IMG/VR virus record: IMGVR_UViG_3300010403_000180
Coordinates: 1 to 58,558 of that record
Strand: one strand, 5' to 3'
DNA length: 58,558 nucleotides
Origin: a virus
Lineage: Duplodnaviria; Caudoviricetes
The translations under genes and the position numbers were made by a program. Below the pieces are notes generated by a model. It was not told the origin of the DNA. It searched no databases and saw nothing but the letters and a program-made list of their open reading frames with translations. Position 1 is the stretch's first letter. Each line of letters starts with the position of its first letter. Shown in pieces: positions 37,631 to 46,112 of this stretch.

Positions 37631-38280
37631 AGTAATTCTTTTTCCGCATAGGCTAGGCTTTCCTTCCAGTACCGTTTAATTCGTGAACGCATTTTGATGA
37701 TATCAATCATTGTGCGTTTGGTTTTGAAAGTGAAGATGTCGCCCGTTAAGAATAATTTACCGCCCTCCTCGTAGTCCGTTAATGCCTGGCAAAGCTCTAT
37801 ATCGTCTGGCAATTTACCAGTGGCTAGGTGCATGGCTGTGGCATAAAAGGTTATCTGTCCGCTCTCGTCCACCTGCTTTTGTGTCCACTTGCCCGTGCTG
37901 GTTTTATATTCCTTGAATGCCGAATAATCTTTCTTGGCGGTGTCGGGTTTGGCTAACAGCGGGATTTTCTCTTTGCCTTCCAGCAAGAAAGGAAGGCTGT
38001 AAGTTTTCCCGTCGTTGGCATCCATAATTTCAATCCCGTTTTTCATTTCCACCACCTTGTCCATCAGCTCAAACTTGGGGAGGCGGAAGACAATCATATC
38101 AGTCATGTGGTCTCCCGTCTCCTCACCGTTTTCCAGCATTGTTGCCACTTGGCTACCAAGAGCAATGTTTCGGCTTATCCTCTGCTTTTTTCCGTAGAGG
38201 TATTTCTCTGCCCACTTTTTCGGACTCATTTCAAAAGTGGTCATTGATGAGAAGCTCACATAGGGTCTTGGTCTAAACAT
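37627..38280 (-). CDS. PD-(D/E)XK exonuclease (recombination partner)
   Basis: SFSS, KPD..FKEYKT, QITFYA; adjacent to recombinase. Confidence 0.75.
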   Translation of the reverse strand: MFRPRPYVSFSSMTTFEMSPKKWAEKYLYGKKQRISRNIALGSQVATMLENGEETGDHMTDMIVFRLPKFELMDKVVEMKNGIEIMDANDGKTYSLPFLLEGKEKIPLLAKPDTAKKDYSAFKEYKTSTGKWTQKQVDESGQITFYATAMHLATGKLPDDIELCQALTDYEEGGKLFLTGDIFTFKTKRTMIDIIKMRSRIKRYWKESLAYAEKELL

Positions 38281-38281
38281 A

Positions 38282-39196
38282 TTATTGTGTCTTCTCTTTA
38301 AAATCTCCTTCTTGAATAATTGGTATCTCGTCTCCCTTCGGTTTGCTTAGCTCGGCAATCCTCGCATCGGCCAATCTGATAAACTCATCCTTCTGCTCCT
38401 TAGTGTACTTTTCTGATTTGAGCATTTTTTCCTTGTACTCTTTCAGTTGTTCCAGTGGCATCTTTGCAATAGAGTTCACTAAGTTCACAAAGTTCATCTG
38501 GTTCTTTTCGGCATCGGTGTTTTCTTCTGCACCACGTTCCATCTCCTCTGGCACATAGATACCGCTTAGAAGGGCTGGAAATGCCTTACGCAAAGCCAAA
38601 GCCTCGGCACACTTACCAAGCATCAAGAATGGTCTAACGTGCCACTGGAAGGCCAATCTACCGCCTGGGTAGTATTCGCTCCATCGGGCGGTGGCTGTGA
38701 ATGGATATCGCACCCCTTCCACAATCTTGTAAACTGTAACGGTGGCTTTGTTTGGTGCAGTAACGGTTTTCTTATCTTTCTTTTCCCCAACGGTATATTC
38801 AATCACTTGCTCTCCATCAAATACAGCGTCATCATTCCCTGCGTACTTTCCCGTCTTCTCTGCGGTTGCTCGGAAGCCGTCAATGCCAACTTGGATTTGC
38901 CGCACGTCTTTTCCAAGTTTGCTGTCCCATCTTGGAACCAAGTGAACCTGCTTTGAGAATGGGCTAAGCTGTAATCCGTGGCAGACAGAGATAAAGAGTT
39001 TCAGTTCGTCATCGTTTGCTCCCTTGGCAATCGTTCTTTTAATGAGCTCCACTTGGGCTCGGTTCAGTTTGCCGAATGCGTCATGCGGTGCAATCTCTCG
39101 GTTTTCAATGATGCGTTCAATTACCTTCACTTCTTTTTCCTCTGCCTTGGTTGGTTCAACTTTCTCAACCTCCTTTTTAGTTTTTTCTTTTACCAT
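38282..39196 (-). CDS. bet: Phage recombination protein Bet/RecT family
   Basis: GANDDELKLF..L.PFSKQ, GIDGFR..A, MLGKCAEALALRKAFP..GIY..EEM. Confidence 0.9.
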   Translation of the reverse strand: MVKEKTKKEVEKVEPTKAEEKEVKVIERIIENREIAPHDAFGKLNRAQVELIKRTIAKGANDDELKLFISVCHGLQLSPFSKQVHLVPRWDSKLGKDVRQIQVGIDGFRATAEKTGKYAGNDDAVFDGEQVIEYTVGEKKDKKTVTAPNKATVTVYKIVEGVRYPFTATARWSEYYPGGRLAFQWHVRPFLMLGKCAEALALRKAFPALLSGIYVPEEMERGAEENTDAEKNQMNFVNLVNSIAKMPLEQLKEYKEKMLKSEKYTKEQKDEFIRLADARIAELSKPKGDEIPIIQEGDFKEKTQ

Positions 39197-39200
39197 AGGT

Positions 39201-39797
39201 TTATATTTTTACGTTCGCCATGGTTTCTTCTTCCCATGCTCTAACACCAGGAATTTCCTTGTTAGCTTGCACGGCTTTCCAAATGGCACCCATGTTAGGT
39301 TCAAGGTACTCCCTAGGAAGGAGAGAAACATCAACGACTTCGTACTTTTTAACTTTTCTTACTTGCAGTCCGCCAGATTCGGTTCTGACCGTGTTATCCA
39401 CACGTTCAATTTTTTCAACCCTTTTCTCCGCCGTTTCAACTTTCTTAATCTTTCCAGCTTCTAAGTCTGATGCAATCTTGGCTTCTGCTTTGGCCGCATC
39501 TTCTCTGACCTTTTGATGGTAGGCGAGTGCCTTGCCATTCACTATTTGCTGTGCCTTTTCATAGGCTTCCTCCATGGGCTTAAATAAAGCACGGACGCTT
39601 TTGAGAGTGTTGTTCAGAGGCTTCGTGATAGACTCTTTTTTTTCAGTTAATTTAGAGCTAATATCTTCAAGCTGTGAACTAATCTCTGTTGCTTTTTTTA
39701 AGTCGTCCTCGGTCTTTATTTCTAATGCTAGTGCCTGTTCTTCAAGCACGCTGATTCTCCCTTGAAATTCCGCTACCTCCTTTTTTTCTATTTCCAT
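39201..39797 (-). CDS. Conserved phage coiled-coil protein
   Basis: ITKPLN, VVDVSLLPREYL, EIPGVRAWEE. Confidence 0.7.
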   Translation of the reverse strand: MEIEKKEVAEFQGRISVLEEQALALEIKTEDDLKKATEISSQLEDISSKLTEKKESITKPLNNTLKSVRALFKPMEEAYEKAQQIVNGKALAYHQKVREDAAKAEAKIASDLEAGKIKKVETAEKRVEKIERVDNTVRTESGGLQVRKVKKYEVVDVSLLPREYLEPNMGAIWKAVQANKEIPGVRAWEEETMANVKI

Positions 39798-40019
39798 ATA
39801 TTTAGTTTGTTACCATCACTACGATTCCAGTTTGATGAAGCAACACCATCACTCCTACAAACAAGATTGTTAGCAATGTAATTAGTAATTTATTTCTCTC
39901 AAAGAACATGTCCCACTTTATCTCGTTTACTTTTTGCAGTCGGTACCTCCGACCCTCGCTCATTAAATGTCTTGTCATAATTATTTTTATTTAATTAACT
40001 CGCCGACCTTTATGAGTTA

Positions 40020-40047
40020 ATTGTAGTCCAACCAAATCCATTGTCAA
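40020..40047 (-). promoter_or_regulatory. Sigma70-type promoter for recombination/RAMP operon
   Basis: TTGACA (40047-40042)-16 nt-TACAAT (40025-40020); TTATCCACA at 40057-40065. Confidence 0.6.
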
Positions 40048-40052
40048 CCCCC

Positions 40053-40256
40053 CTACTTATCCACAGCCCCGTGTCTCGTATATTTCCGCTTCTTTACTCC
40101 TCTTGCCTTGCATTCTTTGTAATAAATTTCTTTCACTCTCCATTCAGAAAGGTTAAACATCGTGGCTAGGGTTTTGAAAGTGGTCTTGATTTCCTTGTCC
40201 TGTTTCAGCAGGAAAATCTTTTGGTTGCGTTCGCTTTTTGTTGGTGTTATTTCCAT
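40053..40256 (-). CDS. Small HTH protein (Mor-like)
   Basis: ERNQKI..TFKTLATMFNLSEWRVKEI. Confidence 0.65.
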   Translation of the reverse strand: MEITPTKSERNQKIFLLKQDKEIKTTFKTLATMFNLSEWRVKEIYYKECKARGVKKRKYTRHGAVDK

Positions 40257-41245
40257 AGTAGTCTTTTTATTATTTCACTTATTACATTGACCGTAACAGC
40301 ATTTCCCAAACATTTATAGCGTTGGGTTTCGCTGATTCCCGAAGTCCAGTCATCTGGGAATCCTTGTAAACGTTCACACTCTTTTGGCGTTAATCTTCTG
40401 ATTCCAAATCCCTGCATTACCCCTCCCGTATTTAATCCATCAACAGTAAAACTATAATCTCCTTGATAATTTCTCTGGTTCCTGTTTAAAAATTTAAGTG
40501 GCACTGCTATCACTGGCTGACCACTTCCGTCTTCTCTCGCCCGTGCGGGTAACGTTGGTGCGTTTCCGCTTTTTACTTCTCTGAATCCTTGTCCGTCTTT
40601 GTGGGTTCTAAGGGTGCCGATGTGCGTCCTTTGGCCGTGGTTGTCAATACCTTTGTAATAGTTGCAGTCAATCGTGTTACTGATATTTTTTTGGTTATCT
40701 TCTTCATGGTCTCCGCTGAAAGGAAATATTTGTCGTCTGGGTTTTCCTCTAAGATATCCGACAATAAACACTCTTTCCCGATTCTGCGGGACTCCGAAAT
40801 TCTTGCTGTTAAGCACACTCCATTCACAATCATACCCCAGTTCATCAAGGGTGCTGACGATTGTCGCAAAGGTATTACCTTTGTCGTGGTTAAGGAGTCC
40901 TTTAACGTTTTCAAGAAGTAGATACGAAGGTCTTTTCCTTTCAATGATTCTTGCGATGTCAAAAAATAAAGTGCCTCGTGTATCTTTGAATCCTCCCCGC
41001 TTTCCAGCAACGCTGAAACTTTGGCAAGGAAATCCGCCCACGAGAAGGTCAAAGTTTGGGAGTTCGTCGGGAATAATTGTGGTTGCATCTCCATAGTTTT
41101 TGTAGTGGGGAAAGTGTTTCTCAAAGATTTGAATGGCGTACTTATCTACCTCTGAATATCCAATGCACGTTCCCCTGTCGCCAATACCCAGTTCAAACCC
41201 GCCAATCCCCGTGAACATGCTGAAATATTTAACTTCCATCACCAA
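40247..41245 (-). CDS. dcm: DNA (cytosine-5) methyltransferase
   Basis: FTGIGG, GGFPCQSFS, ENVKG, PQNRER, RRLTPKECERLQGF, GNAV. Confidence 0.95.
   Translation of the reverse strand: MVMEVKYFSMFTGIGGFELGIGDRGTCIGYSEVDKYAIQIFEKHFPHYKNYGDATTIIPDELPNFDLLVGGFPCQSFSVAGKRGGFKDTRGTLFFDIARIIERKRPSYLLLENVKGLLNHDKGNTFATIVSTLDELGYDCEWSVLNSKNFGVPQNRERVFIVGYLRGKPRRQIFPFSGDHEEDNQKNISNTIDCNYYKGIDNHGQRTHIGTLRTHKDGQGFREVKSGNAPTLPARAREDGSGQPVIAVPLKFLNRNQRNYQGDYSFTVDGLNTGGVMQGFGIRRLTPKECERLQGFPDDWTSGISETQRYKCLGNAVTVNVISEIIKRLLWK
40573..41124 (-). CDS. Alternative-frame ORF nested in the C5 methyltransferase (EcoHK31I beta-subunit-like)
   Basis: 183-aa open frame ending LSDILEENPDDKYFLS, a C5-MTase-associated motif. 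Confidence 0.55.
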   Translation of the reverse strand: MRNTFPTTKTMEMQPQLFPTNSQTLTFSWADFLAKVSALLESGEDSKIHEALYFLTSQESLKGKDLRIYFLKTLKDSLTTTKVIPLRQSSAPLMNWGMIVNGVCLTARISESRRIGKECLLSDILEENPDDKYFLSAETMKKITKKISVTRLTATITKVLTTTAKGRTSAPLEPTKTDKDSEK

Positions 41246-41657
41246 GTAAAAATTTATTGTCTAGCATTTTGTCGTAAATCGTTTGACCTTTTGAATCGGT
41301 GGCAAAGGGAAGAAACACCTGCGGAAGTTCTACAATAGTGGTTTCATAGAGTGCCATCTGTGCTAAAACCCAGTCCCGAATGTTTCTCCATGCTACCCTA
41401 TAAACATAATCTTCCTCGTCCCACCTTCTTACTTCCTGCTTTTTTAACACCTCTTGGAAGTTACGCCAGTTCACTGGCAATGAGAATGAAACCAACCTTT
41501 CGTTGACCTGTAATCTGAATGCCAAAGCTTGAATCCTACCTGTGCCTTTCTCGTACTGATACATCACTCCAACGGCACCGTTTTTAACAAGGGCATTTTG
41601 AATTTCTTCTATGCTTCGGCTGGCTGGCACTACGGTTGTATAGTTTTTAATTGGCAT
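41229..41657 (-). CDS. Conserved hypothetical phage protein
   Basis: NYTTVVPASRSI.EIQ..L, RVAWRNIRDWV.AQ, QVFLPF. Confidence 0.7.
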   Translation of the reverse strand: MPIKNYTTVVPASRSIEEIQNALVKNGAVGVMYQYEKGTGRIQALAFRLQVNERLVSFSLPVNWRNFQEVLKKQEVRRWDEEDYVYRVAWRNIRDWVLAQMALYETTIVELPQVFLPFATDSKGQTIYDKMLDNKFLLGDGS

Positions 41658-42024
41658 TTCTTTTTAGTCTTTTACCCTTCGCACATTTGCAATACACTTT
41701 AATCACTTCGGCTCCGCTAAACTTTATCTTTTTCAATGCACCCCAGTCGGTGTAGCCTTCGGTGCCGCCAATCATTTTAGTGAAATAACCTTTATCGTAG
41801 CAATCAAAACACTTGGCGGTTGGGTAGCCATCCGTCCCAAATTTCTTGCCTTGTAACATCATTTCAATGTAGCTCAACATGACCAAGGCTCTGCCACGCT
41901 CTTTGCATTTTCCTTTTGGAAACTGGGCTTCTAAGATATCCACCATGGTCTCCCAGTATTTACTTCTCTTATTATTTTGTTTCATAGAAACAGTTCCCAC
42001 AAATGGCCCCGAAGATGCTGACAA
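41647..42024 (-). CDS. Hypothetical Cys-containing protein
   Basis: ORF track; CFDC..CKC. Confidence 0.5.
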   Translation of the reverse strand: MSASSGPFVGTVSMKQNNKRSKYWETMVDILEAQFPKGKCKERGRALVMLSYIEMMLQGKKFGTDGYPTAKCFDCYDKGYFTKMIGGTEGYTDWGALKKIKFSGAEVIKVYCKCAKGKRLKRNAN

Positions 42025-42253
42025 TCAGTTTATTCTGTTTGCAACTCGGGCACTTGTTGAGTTTTAATTTTCCCTTTACGATTCTGCTAGCTCGGCATTT
42101 TCCTCCCTTAAATTCAGCTCCGCACTTTGAGCAAAAATACATGGGCACGCCCAATAGCATTTCTGGTTCCGTTGCTGCACGAGACCTTGCCCCACAGCAT
42201 TTTGAAAATCTTTCTGGGCAGTCTGAACCCAAACATGTTATTTGTGCTTTCAT
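41972..42253 (-). CDS. Hypothetical Cys-rich protein
   Basis: SKCCGA, CSKCG, CPSC. Confidence 0.55.
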   Translation of the reverse strand: MKAQITCLGSDCPERFSKCCGARSRAATEPEMLLGVPMYFCSKCGAEFKGGKCRASRIVKGKLKLNKCPSCKQNKLIVSIFGAICGNCFYETK

Positions 42254-42259
42254 GGTTTT

Positions 42260-43058
42260 ATTGACAAACTATTATAGTATCTGTCTAGTTAATTATATCA
42301 GAACAGTTTTACTCTGTTCTCTATCGCATTGTGATGGTTGTAAATCTTTTCAAGCTGTCGCATGTATTCTTCCACATACGGCGAGTCTTTTAAGAACTTG
42401 TCCTTAAAGAGAACAAATTTATCAATCATCTGCCCATGATTATACTGCGGGTTAGTCGCAATGCGTTTGAAGGCAAGTGCGAAAACCCTAGTATCTCCAC
42501 GAGCGTAGTACCTTTTAATATCATCTAGTTGTTTGGCAAGTCGGTGAGCCAGTTTTAAGTCTCCCACCACAAACTTTCCTTTTCGGAACGTCGCTGTCGT
42601 GGCACCACTATTATTCATTCTTGAAGTTAGAATCATCAGCAAGACCATGTGGGTAAGGTGGTAAGTGTTCTTGAATTCAAGATAAATCTTGTAGTTTTCA
42701 TTTCCAAGTTCCGCAAAAGACCTTGCATAATCAGAGGGTGCCCAACTCTTGGTTGATGAATTTATTCTTTGAACGTCTTCAAGTTTTAGCCCGTCAACCT
42801 GGTAAAACCAAATTGGCAATCCAAGCTGTTTTAAGGCTGCGAATCTATGTTGCCCGTCAACGATTTCCATTTTGTCGTTTACTGTTATGGGAACAGCCGA
42901 AGCTATATCAGGATGTTCATTAAAGCTGTCGTAAAGTTTTTTTACTTGTGCTTTGTTGATAGTCCTGTTCCCTTCAATCCTTTTGAAAGAGGAATAATCC
43001 TCTGTTTGTTGGATTTTATTCATAGTTTGAACGACAGATACTATAATAGGTTGTCAAT
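42260..43058. repeat. 26-bp inverted repeats (42260-42285 and 43033-43058) flanking the ParB-like gene
   Basis: ATTGACAAACTATTATAGTATCTGTC vs GACAGATACTATAATAGGTTGTCAAT; 25/26 reverse-complement identity. Confidence 0.85.
42298..43023 (-). CDS. ParB/Srx N-terminal domain protein
   Basis: GNRTIN, PITVN..IVDGQHRFAALKQLGLP. Confidence 0.85.
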   Translation of the reverse strand: MNKIQQTEDYSSFKRIEGNRTINKAQVKKLYDSFNEHPDIASAVPITVNDKMEIVDGQHRFAALKQLGLPIWFYQVDGLKLEDVQRINSSTKSWAPSDYARSFAELGNENYKIYLEFKNTYHLTHMVLLMILTSRMNNSGATTATFRKGKFVVGDLKLAHRLAKQLDDIKRYYARGDTRVFALAFKRIATNPQYNHGQMIDKFVLFKDKFLKDSPYVEEYMRQLEKIYNHHNAIENRVKLF

Positions 43059-43228
43059 GAGCTTAATTCCCGTATTCTTCAATGACTGCATCAATCAAAT
43101 CGTCCAATGCTTGTTTATAGGTGTGGTGCTTTTCTTTGCTAATCTGCTCCATCTTGTACTTAGTGTTGTTCAGTTCTTTTAAATTCTTTGCCACGTCCCT
43201 TAATTGTTTTCCTGTAATTTTCATAGGT

Positions 43229-43489
43229 TTATAGAATTACCCAATCGGTTCCCGTGAGGTCGCCCTCACTGATAATCCAATCGTGGTAATTCCCCGTTGG
43301 TTTGTGTAGTTTTACTATGCCATCTTTTAGCTCCCCGTAGAATCCCTTGTCCTTCCATTCAAGCTTGTGAATCTTTTTTCCGCCCATGAGCTCTTTGAAT
43401 GCTGTTAAGAAATCCAATCCTTCTGGCTTCTCCTTAGTTTCTTTTTTTGGTGGCAATGGTGATGCGTTTTTTTCTTCTTTATTTTCCAT
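43229..43489 (-). CDS. DUF2829/Tad2-like anti-defence sponge protein
   Basis: LDFLTAFKELMGGKKIHKLEW...WIISEGDLTGTDW matches F..A...L..G..V.R..W...W..S..D....DW. Confidence 0.7.
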   Translation of the reverse strand: MENKEEKNASPLPPKKETKEKPEGLDFLTAFKELMGGKKIHKLEWKDKGFYGELKDGIVKLHKPTGNYHDWIISEGDLTGTDWVIL

Positions 43490-43874
43490 GTTTTTAAATT
43501 TTAATTATATTTTACCTTTCTTCTGGTGATGAAATTCATCAACAAGAGAAAGGTGGGATACTGACTGGTGTCGGGTGGCAACCAGATTGTCGTACGGGTC
43601 AACCCAGTTATTCTCCACCCCACATCAATCAGTATCCCTTAACTTGAAAGAACTATGCACGCACATACTGAATATGATTGTGCCTTTTAAGATATTTGTA
43701 GCAATGCTTGTGAAACTTCACATTGCGAAATATTCCGCCAACCAGCTCCTTGAAATCTACGATTCTGCCTTTGTGGATGGGGGCTGAACATCTTCGGCAG
43801 TTGTAATAAGTCCCAATTTTGTAATTCATGTTTACCGTCTTTTAATTCTATTTACCTACGACCTTTACATATTA

Positions 43875-43903
43875 AGTATATTCCCATCAAGAATCATTGT
43901 CAA
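43875..43903 (-). promoter_or_regulatory. Sigma70-type early promoter
   Basis: TTGACA (43903-43898)-17 nt-TATACT (43880-43875); TGTGGATAA at 43923-43931. Confidence 0.7.
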
Positions 43904-43953
43904 CCCCCTACCAATCCCCAACTGTGGATAACTTTTTGTACCTAAAAAGAGCC

Positions 43954-44256
43954 TTAGACGGGCTCTTTAATAAGTTCAAGATACTTTTTAAAGCATGTCT
44001 CTATTGACCATTCCAATCCTCGGTCATTGCAATAATCGGCTACTCGCTGTAAAAATTCCTTTGCCTTTTCAAATTCGTCATTGAATAATTCTAAGAGTTG
44101 CTTGGCTGGCTTGACGTGCCGCCCATAAGAAATTTGATTCTCAATATAGAATTCCTTTGGCATGTCCGCCCATTCTTTTAATTCAAAAAAGAAATCTACA
44201 ATTTTCTCAAAATCTTTTTTTACTTTTATTGGTTTTGGAAACAAACTCAAATTCAT
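43954..44256 (-). CDS. Hypothetical protein, possibly replication-associated
   Basis: 100-aa helical ORF; function inferred only from position. Confidence 0.5.
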   Translation of the reverse strand: MNLSLFPKPIKVKKDFEKIVDFFFELKEWADMPKEFYIENQISYGRHVKPAKQLLELFNDEFEKAKEFLQRVADYCNDRGLEWSIETCFKKYLELIKEPV

Positions 44257-44629
44257 TTTTTAAAATTTTATATTGTATTTATTATTTTTTATCACCAGAG
44301 AGAGATATACGCCCCCCTACCCCCCAAAGAATTTTTGAAGTTTGCAATCGTATGATTTTTCATCACCGTCGCTTCGGCTGGACTAATGGTGCCAGCAACC
44401 AACGTCTTGCCTATTATTTAGTGTCGCTTGGCAAATTACCCCCTAGTTGCGACAAACAAAAAACCACCACCCGAAGGCTATGGTTTCCTGTGTATGATTT
44501 GGCTTCTAAACCAAGAAGAATCTACGGCTGCAAAATCGGCAATAAATTTTTCTTGAATTAGAAGTTTCATACAACACTGATAATAATTCAATCAAGAAAG
44601 TGTTGCAAGTACCTCACCTGTGGATAACT

Positions 44630-44827
44630 TTATTTTGAAATCTTCGTAACCTTGTAGCTGGCAATAAAGACTGCTGGGTTGCAAACCAATTCGCCTTCGG
44701 GCGTGGTCAAAATGTAGTCGCCAACTTTTGCATCCACGTTTCCGTCAACGGTCTTAATGATTTCTTGAATCTCCGAAACCCTAAACGTAATCTCAACTGG
44801 CTTTAAAATGGCTTTGCCTGTAATCAT
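44630..44827 (-). CDS. PGDYG-like small phage protein
   Basis: AKVGDYIL..GE..C.P.VF..SY. Confidence 0.6.
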   Translation of the reverse strand: MITGKAILKPVEITFRVSEIQEIIKTVDGNVDAKVGDYILTTPEGELVCNPAVFIASYKVTKISK

Positions 44828-44955
44828 ATTTGTGCTTATTTTAATTGACTTTTAATGTGTATATGTGTTATAGTGTAATAATTAAGGCGAAAGTTCGTCT
44901 TAATAATAATCCAAAGATATCTTAAAAACCTGAATTGTTTTTGCGGAGGCACACC

Positions 44956-45471
44956 CTAAGACCTCCGCTTTTTATTGCTCAAAAATCCTTTATAGAGTCC
45001 TCGGTATTTCTCACACTTCCAGTCTCCGTATAAGTCACAATACTTATCCCAGTGGTATTCTTTTCCTTCCGACCACATCCTGCCCATGCAATCCAATGCT
45101 TTGTATGGGTTTTTTCTGTCGTCCACTTTACTGCATTCGGCTAGCCAGGTGCTTAAAATAAACTGCGAAATTCCAACGCTGTTACCATTGTCTGCGTTGG
45201 GGTCGTAGGTTGATTCACCTAGCACGGTTCCATGGAATTTCTGGTAGTCCAATCCATATTTAACAACAACCTTACCAAGATATTCGTTTAAATCATTCAC
45301 AGAGGCTTTAATCAGTGGGCTGGGACGTTTTTGTGGTTTGGCTGGAATCTGCTTAGTATCTGTTAAGACGTTGTTTTTTTGCTGGGTCTTTTCGCTCTCA
45401 TTCTTGACCAAAGTGCTTTCTAGGTTAATCAAACTTTCACATCTGAATGGGTATAATACGCCTATGAGCAA
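44956..45471 (-). CDS. Lysozyme-like/transglycosylase-domain protein with N-terminal anchor
   Basis: GESTYDPNA..GISQFILSTW. Confidence 0.7.
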   Translation of the reverse strand: MLIGVLYPFRCESLINLESTLVKNESEKTQQKNNVLTDTKQIPAKPQKRPSPLIKASVNDLNEYLGKVVVKYGLDYQKFHGTVLGESTYDPNADNGNSVGISQFILSTWLAECSKVDDRKNPYKALDCMGRMWSEGKEYHWDKYCDLYGDWKCEKYRGLYKGFLSNKKRRS

Positions 45472-45604
45472 TGCCGAGATTGCGAGAACCCCTGCTATTT
45501 TTTTGATGTCTTCATAGTGAAGCCAGCGAAATGTTCCTTGGGGGAAGGAACAATTCGCCAGTTCCGCTAGGAACTGACTGGTAATACGTCAATATAATTA
45601 TACC

Positions 45605-45898
45605 CTATCCCTTTTTTCCCATCAATGCCTGCTGAACAATGGCTTTGTAGAACACGTCGTACAAAGTGATAGCACCCGCAAAGATTATTCCAGCATTTTC
45701 TACGAAGTTTGCTGGTAAAAATTGCATGTACCACATTGCAACTGCGATAACTGCTGAAACAATCAACAATGCCAACTGCGTAACCAGCGAACCGTATCGT
45801 GTTTCAACGTCTGCCCATAGTTTCTTGGCTAACTGGATAATCAAGGTCGCTGCCAAGGAACCTCCGCCTAAAAATGTCAATAATGTTATGGTATCCAT
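45605..45898 (-). CDS. Putative holin
   Basis: 97 aa, 2-3 transmembrane segments, lysis context. Confidence 0.65.
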   Translation of the reverse strand: MDTITLLTFLGGGSLAATLIIQLAKKLWADVETRYGSLVTQLALLIVSAVIAVAMWYMQFLPANFVENAGIIFAGAITLYDVFYKAIVQQALMGKKG

Positions 45899-46112
45899 AT
45901 TTTTAACGTTACTAATATTATCTTTCTACTACGACCTTTTAGAACCCATCTACCCTACCAAGCCGAAGCACCCAAAAGATTGCAAGAATGATTATGATAA
46001 TTTTTGCAATGAACTGCACATGATACTCGGCAGGTAGTAATGGGATTAAGAAAAAGTAGGCGATGATAAGAGCAAGAACTCCAATAACAATTTGTTTTGT
46101 GTTCATAGATTT

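Noticed and set aside
37627-38280. Cas4 associated with the RAMP locus
   Set aside because: Lacks the four Fe-S cysteines and sits next to Bet/RecT, so better explained as the recombination exonuclease.
44157-44561. Plus-strand ORF containing PPTPQ (initiator-linker-like)
   Set aside because: Opposite to genome polarity, overlaps a minus-strand gene and has no supporting domain.
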